From: Asterias rubens
Lineage: Eukaryota
Reading direction: 5' to 3'
DNA: 64,000 bases
Assembly: GCF_902459465.1 (NCBI RefSeq)
Contig: NC_047078.1
Location: 5,642,001 to 5,706,000, forward strand
Each line of letters opens with the position of its first letter. The first letter of the stretch is position 1. Shown here one piece after another: positions 1 through 10,200 of the stretch. The notes under the pieces were generated by a model. That model was not told where the DNA came from and searched no databases. It worked only from the letters and a program-made list of their open reading frames with translations. The translations under genes were made by a program, and so were the position numbers.

Positions 1-161
1 AAAATTTGTACAGGTTTGTTATGTCTTAGTTGGGATACACCTAGTGAGGATTAATGGTCTTTGACAATTTACCAAAAGTACAACAAATCGAGGAGTATGT
101 GAACAATTTTAAAGGAACACTTTAAAACTGTTTGATACTAGACAAGTTTTCAAATACTGAC

Positions 162-3100
162 CTCGCTTGATCGGTAAGCTCAGCAAACTTCTGCATTCCA
201 GCAACTACTTCAGCATCACCTGCCATTTACAATAGAAAAAGAGTCAAGATTTGTATGCAGGGCTCAAATTTGGGTAGTCTTGGTGCAAGACGTTTCTCGT
301 TTTCCATCCGCGCACAGCACGGCCAACTCACCAACAGTGCCTGCTCAACTGTGAAAACAAAATCAAGTCTGCATGACTTGTCCACTCTGAGTTTATGCAG
401 GCCCGACACTAGACTTGATTCAAGTCCCATCCTCGTGTGAGAGGTCCCTAAGCATATCACGCCAATTTACTATGAAACAACCCAAACAATGATTGGGATT
501 TGAGTCAAGTCTAGCCCGACACTAAAACTACTGGCCTCGTGCTTGTGGTCCAATGTAAAAGTGAGCCCTGGATGCATTTTTGAGACCCCCCTCCCCCCTC
601 CCCCACTCCCCCCTCCCCCCACTCCCCCCTCCCCCCACTCCCCCCTCAAGATCGCCCACCAATAAAAACTAAGGTAGAAAAACTTAAACATAAAGATGAT
701 GACAACACTTACCGCTGTCAAATCGTTGTCTGATGTTACTGTGGATCTTTCCCGAGTCGCTAGGGTTACGTATGTACGCAAGCCAAAGGGGTGGAACTAA
801 ATCAAAATCTATTCTTTGATAATCGCCATGACCTTTTGACCCCATAATTGCCTTGGAGAAATTCATGAAAACAAGACCTTCATAAACCTGAAACAGAAGG
901 TTAGAAAAGAAAACTAAGTCACTTTATTCAGTATAACTACTTTTGTTTTCTTCTTAGATTCAAATATTTGAGTGAGAAATTACCTCTTTCTCAAAAACTT
1001 TGTTACTTCAGAGGAAATCGTTTCCCAGATCGATTACACTATCAGCAGCTCCCCGTTGCTTGTTACCGAGTAAGCTTCATCATCATGATGTCGGTTTTAA
1101 GGCCATTGTCCAGTCAGTTTTGGGTTGGCCTGCTTTCTCCTTATGGCTCTCCTCCACTTGGCCCTGTCCGTCGTGTCCTAAATTGCATGTCTTTCCACAC
1201 TGAGCTCTACCATGTCTTGCGCGGTCGCCCAAGTAAGATTATATGCTAATACATATTTTGAGAAATTAACAAACGTGTCCGCCTTTAACATAACCAAATA
1301 CCTGTATAACTCTGTCCTGTAGACCAGCGTTTATGAACAGTTCATCAACCTCAACATTCAAAATAAATTGAGGCTGCAATGGACGAGGAAGGTCCTGCAA
1401 AAACAATAAAGATTTGTGTTTATTTTAGTAGATTTGTTAACAATTTAAACAAGAGTTGTTTACAATGTAAACAAGAGTTGTTTACAATGTTAACAAGAGT
1501 TGTTTACAATGTAAACAAGAGTTGTTTACAATGTAAACAAGAGTTGTTTACAATGTAAACAAGAGTTGTTTACAATGTAAACAAGAGTTGTTTACAATGT
1601 AAACAAGAGTTGTTTACAATGTAAACAAGAGTTGTTTACAATGTAAACAAGAGTTGTTTACAATGTAAACAAGAGTTGTTTACAATGTCAACAAGAGTTG
1701 TTTACAATGTTAACAAGAGTTGGTTACATTTAGACAATGTGAACACAATTTGTTTACAAAATTTACAAACTTTGTTTATATAATGTGAACAAGACTTGTT
1801 TACAATTGTTAATGATATAATTTTTTTTATGTTTTATTTTGCTTTGCTGTTGTCTAATTTTTCAAGATGTGTAAAACAGATAACTATACAACAACACAAA
1901 CTTATTTAACACTTTGAAATGTTCAAGCTTTATATTTTAAACTAAATTAAGTTCTCTAAAGTAATGCAATAAATGTTAGTTTTAACCATTTTTATCTCTT
2001 TCTAATTTTAAAGATTGTTTGTTGTTGACTTCTCTACTTACACTGTCAGTTAAATCAAAAAAGTGCATCAGACATTTGAGCGTTGCCGTGACGATAGCAC
2101 TGCTTCCTGCAAGCCCCTAATTTATCATAAAAAGGAACAAACTTTTGTAAAAACTTAAACTGTAACAGTCATTCACAAAAAAAATAATCCCTGACGGTGA
2201 TCCCCCGGCTGCCACTTCACAGGTTGAATCGTAAACGTGGGTGTGATCCCTGGCTATACAGCTATTTACAGTTATATGTGTATGGTTTCTGACTGCACCC
2301 CAAAACAATTGTCAAAAAGGGAGACCCAACAAAGGGCTAGATACAGTTGATAGAGGGCCGGAGGTCGATGGTTCAAATCTCGCTCTAGTCAATTTGTCTT
2401 TGTTCAACCCAAAATCGGTTTAGAAAAATTACCCAGTCAGTTTCCCTTGTGGTTATTCTTTCATAAAAAAAAAAAGTATTTTTTTTGTTTACCCATACAC
2501 CGATGTGTGTAAGCACTGTATACTCAGTACTTTCCCGAGTCCTGTGAAAAAATATCACAGGCAAATTACTCGGGTGGGTTTCGAACCCACGACCCTTGCA
2601 ATTCTAGAGCAGTGTCTTACCAACTGGACTACCGAGGTTGCCCGGTAGCTAGAGGCAGTTCAAATCCTATGTTTTGGCAGCGGGTACCGCAACGATATAA
2701 TAGATGTTAAATTTGCATCGGGGATAAAGAATATTAATTTTGGTTTTTTACCCATACACCGATGTGTGTTAGCACTGTATACTCAGTACTTTCCCGAGTC
2801 CTGTGAAAAAATATCACAGGCATGTTACTCGGGTGGGATTCGAACCCACGACCCTTGCAATTCTAGAGCAGTGTCTTACCAACTAGACTACCGAGGTTGC
2901 CCGGTAGCTCGAGGAAGTTCGATATAACTTACAACTTGTCTTGGAATATTGGTGTCATACTTCAAGGTGAAGTTTCTCTTTGGTAATGCAATGCTGTAAT
3001 ATAAAAATAAAAATAAAATTTACATTTTGATTGTGTCTAGTGGCCGAGAAGGTTAAGAGTAACGGACTAGAGCTATGATGTTTCTGATCAGCAGAGTGTG

Positions 3101-4213
3101 GGTCCGAGTACCGGTCGTGGCACTCAAGCAAAATAGTTGCGTTAAGCTTTCCATGTCCTTGGATTTGTAGTGGCCGCAAAAGAAACTATAGCTCTTAGCT
3201 TGGAAGAGTAACAACGGTGTTTCTGGTTCACATAATATGCACCCTTGTTTACAGGTTTCCTAAGGCTTGTGAGCTACAGTGATTAAGTTAACTTATATGG
3301 CATCCTTTGTTTCTGATCAGAAGAGTGTGTGTTCAAGTCCGATTTGTGGCACTTGAACAAGAAAGTTTACCATAATTTCTCTGTTAGGATGGGACATTAA
3401 GCCATTGGTCCTGTGGTTCTAGGATTGGTCGTGCACATAAAAGAACCTAGAACACTGGAAGAGTAGAGCTTATATAACCCTGGATCCTGACCCTCTGGTT
3501 CATATATTTATCACCCTTGTGTTTAAGGGCCCAATTTCATACGGCTGTTTTCCCTGGAATATTTCTCTAGGGTTTTCCTGCTACATCTAAAACTGAAACT
3601 TCCTTCCTTATCTTCCTTCCTTGGCTAGTATAGTGATTAAAGACACTGGACACTATCGGTAATTGTCAAAGACCAATCTTCTCACTTGGTTTATCTCAAC
3701 ATATGCATAAAATAATAAACATGTGAAAATTTGAGCTCAATCGGTCGTCGAAGTCGCGAGATAATAATGAAAGAAAAACACCCTTTTCACACGAAATCTG
3801 TGCTTACAGATGATTAATTCAGAGGCAGCCGTTTTTCCTACAATGTTTTATACTATCAACCTCTCCCCATTACTCTTAATCAAGTAAGGTTTTATGATAG
3901 TATTAATTTTGAGTAATTACCAAAATTGTCCATGCCTTTAAGTGTTTTCTTCCTCTGAGAATCAATAAATAAATATATGAATAAATAAATACCTACCCCT
4001 GCTCAGTGCAGTATTGGTAGAACTTTTTACACGTAGCCTGGAGAAGCCTCAGCCCACCTAGGTATCCTTCCTTTCTGCTTATACCATGCAGATCGCCCAG
4101 GCTACCAAACTCTGTTGGGTCGTTCAGGGGGTGCGGGACTAACATCTGTGAGAAGCGAAAACAGTTGTTAGTAAAGCAGATCAATCAATCAATAAAACAT
4201 CAATCAATCATCA

Positions 4214-4259
<46 letters not shown>

Positions 4260-7200
4260 TAATCAAACAAACTTTTTGTGATCATGGGGTTGATGTTGCG
4301 TCACTATTAAAGACTAAAGACTAAAAACTAAAAAGGTGTTTCGGTTTTGAATTCAAAAGGGGTTGGTGTTTTTGAGATACACGGAAATCCGGAGCGAATA
4401 TGTCCACCCAGGAAGAACATTCCCTAATGGGAATGCAAAATCTGAGAAACGTTACTCACAAAATGGTACTGGTCTGCATAATAGATCTTATAACTTTCTG
4501 ACTTTCTTACCAATTTCTGACTTTCTTTGATGGTTACTTCCGCCCAGAAGTTGGCCACTGACAGAGAAATTGTTTTACCATGGAAACCGTCCGATGGATT
4601 CCCCACCAATCCAACTCTTAAACAACAAAACAAAAGAACATTATTAAATTGGTTGCCTACAAAAAAAAACTCTACAGAAAGTTTCATTTGTTATCACGCG
4701 AGCTTAATTCTTTCAGGTATCTGTGAAAATGTTCAAGAAAGAATACAAATTAATATGAAATTATCAAACAATTAAAATATTGTGATCAAACTGATAACAG
4801 TGTCTTTCCTCGCCTTCTGCCTCTAGGCCCTGGTTCGATTCCACCAGTGGGACAGGAATTTCAGTCACTGCCTGACTGCGAGGGTTTTCCGTTGAATATT
4901 TCCCTGTGGTTTTCCTCTCATATCTAAAAATTAAATTGTCTTTCTTGTCTTCTTTCCCTTGTGTTATTGGCTAGTGCAGTGATTAAAGGAACACGTTGCC
5001 TTGGATCAGTCGAGTTGGTCTTTGAAAAGCATCTGTAACCGTTTGTTAAAAAATGCATATGGTTGGAAAGATGTTAAGTAAAATACAATGATCCACACAA
5101 ACGGCTTGAAATTGCACGGTTTTCCTTTTACCTTGTCGACTAACACGGTCGGCCATTAAAGGGAGTCAAATTTTTTACTCCCATAAATGGCCGACCACGC
5201 AATTTCGCGGCAAATTTGTTTGGATCATTGTATTCTACTTTTAAAACATCTTTCTAACCATATGGTTATAACAAACGGTTGCAATGCTTTTTATAGACCA
5301 ACTCGTCCGATCCAAGGCAATGTGTCCATTTAAGTTCGCTTTACTTAAAAATGCATTCACTGGTGATGTGGGCAGCTGTTTGGAGGGCAGCTCCACACAG
5401 GCTGGACTTGCAATCAAGACCATTCGGACCATGTTTGCCCGGAATCGACCATGACCAATACAGCATCTGTGTTAGTCGTCAACATGCTGCTCTGCGCAGG
5501 TGAAATCCGAGGTGATGAAGTACTTCTAGAATTTCTTGTACGAGAGAACGTAAAAAAAAAAAACTTTTGACGTGATTCGGTCATAAATATTGTTCCTTAG
5601 GTCTTACCTAGCATATGCTTCGGAAGTGTATGGTTCTTTAGCTCGTTGCTGAAGCTGTTTATCGGAGAAATATTCCAGCCACTTCTCATATTCTTGGAGA
5701 CCAATTTGTCCTATGAGTTGAAATCCTGTGGGGAGCTTCATCCCATACACCTCAACATTGGAGTCATTAACCAGCCATTCCTGAGAAAGAATTGAAAAAT
5801 TGTCCTGCTCATTTAGCCTTCGAGAGAGACTCTCCTTTGGTCAAAACGGCAGGCCATTAACAATTTTGTGCAATTATACCACAGGTCCTTTAAGTTGGTA
5901 AGCAGCCCGCAACAGCTAATCATATTTTCTCAATCTTCCTAGAAAAACCACCTTTTGGCTCTTTCCCTGCCTTTCTGTCGACCCCGGTTTGAATTAGCAC
6001 CTCAGACCACAGCCTTGCATGTGGATTAGGTTTTCCAGTCATTTCTACCTGATTGCATGGGCTTTCCCATTTTGGTTTTCCTCCAAATGTAGGCCCAGCA
6101 CTTCCTGATAGCTGCAGAAAAGCAAACTCACTTGAATCATACAAAAAACAATTGCGGAAGACCCCCTTTTGTGTTGACAATGATTTTTTATTTTTGTTTG
6201 CCTTTTTTGTTTTAGATTTCTTGATCTGTGTTGGATACATCCTAGCACTTTGCCACCTCTAGAAAGGGCGCTTAATAAATGCCAGCTTATTATTATAATA
6301 AACTAAATGTTCATCTCAATAATTAATTAAGTGAGATTTAGAACACTAGTTTCTACAATAATCTTACCATGTACATGCCAAAGTTTCTTTCTTGTACATC
6401 AGGATGAGCAGTTAAGTACGCTGTAATCGTTGGCAAAGTTTGTTTACGGAAACAGTAGAAGACTACACTTGCTGATCTAGACAGGGTCTCACCAACAGCT
6501 GGCTTCTCTATGAAACGGGTAATTCTTTTAAAGAAGAAACAAACATTTAAGATGAGGTATCGATTGGTAATCACTACAAAAATAAATGGCAATAGAAACT
6601 TAAACGAACACATTGCCTTGGGTACGACGAGTTGGTCTTTGAAAAGCGTTTGAAACTGTTTGTTATGAAATCCATATGGTTAGAAAGATATTTTAAAAGT
6701 AGAATATAATGACCCACACAAGTATCACTCAAAAATTGCACGGTTTTCCTTTTACGTCACGAACTAACACGGTCGGCCATTTTATGGAGAACAATTTTTG
6801 ACTCATGTAAACTACATTTCCAGTATGTAAACTACATTTCAAGTATAGTACAATCACCTGTTTGTTAACGGACACACATCAACAATTCCGCGACAATTCC
6901 GCGACTCATGTAAACTACATTTCCAGTATGTAAACTACATTTCAAGTATAGTACAATCACCTGTTTGTTAACGGACACACATCAACAATTCCGCGACTTT
7001 GTGAAAGCTCAGTTGGTTCCATCTCATAATAAATAGCCAGCTCACCTTTCTGTGAAGAATCATCACAACGCATTATTCAATTTATAGCTTTTCTAAAATC
7101 TTAAACAGAGGAAACTTTTGGGCGTTAACCAGTACTGGAGTAAAATCTTATTTTGAGAATACAAGAAACACCCATAACAAAGTCACCAACTACAAAGTCA

Positions 7201-10200
7201 CCCCCCCCCCCCTCACATTCAAACCCACCCCCACTCAAGTCACCCCTGGCAAAGATGCCCCTACTTTATTCACTGCTTTATTAGGGTTGTTGAATGGTTA
7301 TTTACTTTATAGTTAGTTTGTTTTTTAATTAAAGTAGTAGTTTTTACAGTTTCAGAAAATGATTGTATTTGAGTCGGCCCCACTTTAATAACGGACCGGG
7401 TCTTCACGCTAACGCTCGTGGGGGACGGAGCGCCGCTGGCCCCCACGAGCCACCTCTCCGACGAGTGCCTCCTGCTCTGCACTTTGCCGTGCACCCAGAA
7501 CACCGTCTTTCCACCAAGTCGGGGCCCCGTGCCGGGCCCCCACTGCAGCCGGGCGAGAGCCCCGCATGTGACTTTGGGGTCACTTTGTAGTGGGAGGCTT
7601 TGCTAGGGAAGAGTTGATTGCCATCCAAAATTGAGTGGGTTATTCCTCGAACTCGACTGGTCAGTTATGGGGACAGGGCTTACTCCAACATAGCACCAAG
7701 ACTCTGGAACTCACTTCCGGATTACCTCAGACAAATACACAACATCACTCTCTTCCAGCAGAAACTCAAAACACACTTATTCTTGCTTGCTTTCCAACAT
7801 CTTGACAAAACTTGACCGGCGCCTTTGAATGTTTCTCCTTTTCAGTAAAGTGCGCCTTATAAATGCTGTAGTTTATTATTATTATTGTAAACTGGACAAA
7901 AAACAGAATTAACAGAGTTGATTGACTAGTTCTAAGCTTCATCAAAAAAAATGTCTGTTGGAAAAATGTGAATCTTGTAGAGCATTTACCTTTCTTTTAA
8001 AGTAGTCGACAACTTGCGTGATGTCAAAGTTATGGTCTTGGAATAGCATATCACCTGCAACCTGTAAATATTGAAAAAGAAACAAATGAAATTAAAGGGA
8101 AGGTATTTTGTTTTACCTTTGGTAGTTTTCTCACCAGTACTCTCACTTGGTGTACCCCAGCATATGCATAAAATATCTGTGAAAATTTTTGACTCGATCA
8201 TTTGGTCATCGAAGTTGCAGGAGAAAAATGAAAGAAAAAACACCCTTGTTGCAAACATTGTGTGATTTCAGGGGCCTAAAAAAGGCTTCAGGTCTGAAGT
8301 ATTTTAGTACTTTGAGTGAGAAGTTACATCTTTCTAAAAAACTATGTTACTTCAGAGGGAGCAGTCTCACAATGTTTTATACTAAGGACATTGATACCAA
8401 GTAAGTTTTTATGCTAACAACTATTTTATTAGTAATTAACATTAGTGTCCATTTCCTTTAAAGGAATAGGTCTCATACTTTTAAATAATTACCAACGGTG
8501 TTCCCTGCTTTAAAAACTTAGGGCTTTATGAGTCAGGCATGCAACTTTTCCTCGGATCAGCTGATTTCCCCTTTTTTATCGAAAAATACTGTACAGAATC
8601 ATGACATTTTGTAATTTCCTCTTTTTTAAAGATGCTATGTCAGATTTTTTGCCCCAAACATTACAAAAAAATATTTTTTTGAGTGAATGGTATTTCAAAG
8701 AGTATCACCCGCTCTAACGAAAAAAAGTTTAACTTTTACTTTTAATGGTCAGGAACCATGACAAAAATTGAAAACGTTTCTTATAAAACACATCAGAATT
8801 GGTCACGTGATATATTGTTGGGATCCCGACAAAAACTAAGTTGGAGCACTTTATTTCACTGCTACTAATAATTGGCGGACTGGGGTCAAATCGGCCCAAA
8901 ATTTGACAAAAAAGTGAAGTTACATGTGAGTGGATAAATTATTTTGGATGTTTGGATCTGACTACATCTTTAACTTACCACAAGAACATCATCATTGATT
9001 CTTTTGTTCCTTAGCACCAGGTCAAAATCTCCAACTGAACCAAGCCTGAAAAAATGGTTTTCAACATCAAATGAGAACACATTGGGTTTTTCCACAAAAT
9101 AGTCTTGCCTAATTTCATTGCAAAGCTAAATGTTTAGAATGAACCATAGCGTGTGTTCACCACATTTATTATTTTTTTTATTTTTATTAGCACCAGGTCA
9201 AAATCTCCAACTGAACCAAGCCTGAAAAAATGGTTTTCAACATCAAATGAGAACACATTGGGTTTTTCCACAAATAATCTTGCCTAATTTCATTGCAAAG
9301 CTAAATGTTTAGATGAACCATGGCGTGTGTTCACCACATTTATTATTATTATTTTTTTTTATTATGAGAGATCACCTAACATCACATTCACAAGGTCTGG
9401 ACAACCACTTCAAATTGAGGGCTACACTTAGGGTTATGGACCCAAATCAACTGTCGGTAAGGGCACTTTGAAACCTACTCCTGGAGCTGAAACAAAGTTA
9501 TTCCCTTCACAACTTAGGTATGTTTCCAGAGAGATCATAACAACAATATTAAAAAGACTTGACTTCAACTAATAAAATGTTGGTTGGTCGGGTTGACATA
9601 CAGGTATCTTTCCTCGCCTTCCACCTCTAAGACCGCTGTTCAAATCACGCCGGGGGCACTACATGGATTGGGTTTTCAGAACCTTAATGACAGCGTGGGT
9701 TTCCCTGGTTTACCTCTCTTGGGTTTTCCTCCCCCACCTAAAACTGCAAAATTCTTACATGTCTTCTCTCCATTGGGTCCCTGGCTAGTGCAATGATTAA
9801 AGGGAAGGTACACGTTTGGTAATTGTCAAGGACCTGTCTTCTCACTTGGTGTATCCCATCATAAGCACAAAATAACAAGCCTGTGAAAATTTGGGCTCAA
9901 TCGGTCATCGAAGTTGCGAGAAAATGATGAAAGAAAAAAACACCCTTGTTGGACGAATTTTGTGTTTCAGATAGGAATAAAAGACTTCTAGCTAGAAGTC
10001 TTTAATTATTTTAGTGAGAAATTACATCTTCCTCAAAAACTACGTTGTTTCAGAGGGAGTTGTTTCCCACAATGTTTTACACTATCAACAGCTCTCCAAT
10101 GCTTGTTACCAAGTCAGTTTTTAAGTTAATATTTGTTTTGAGTAATTACCAAACGTGAACCTTCCCTTTAAGTGCACTTTCCTGAGAGTCTGTGGCTTCA

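Noticed and set aside
162-232. First exon of TIMM8B (MAGDAEVV...), expected from mammalian SDHD synteny
   Set aside because: The apparent ATG lies in the intron just before the acceptor AG; the segment is in phase with, and homologous to, the glucuronokinase C-terminal region.
2825-2897. Functional tRNA-Ser(AGA) gene
   Set aside because: The terminal acceptor pairs and two anticodon-stem pairs are mismatched, there is no long variable arm, and it is embedded in a dispersed repeat.
5241-5432. Candidate extra gkup exon (ORF MVRMVLIASPAC..)
   Set aside because: Flanking exons 9 and 10 already join in phase to give YARVGLVGN; the region is SINE/MITE-derived.
7360-7570. Twister or HDV-like ribozyme, or a coding exon, in the GC-rich island
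   Set aside because: I could not find the conserved twister or HDV pseudoknot nucleotides, and the overlapping ORFs in four frames are explained by GC richness.
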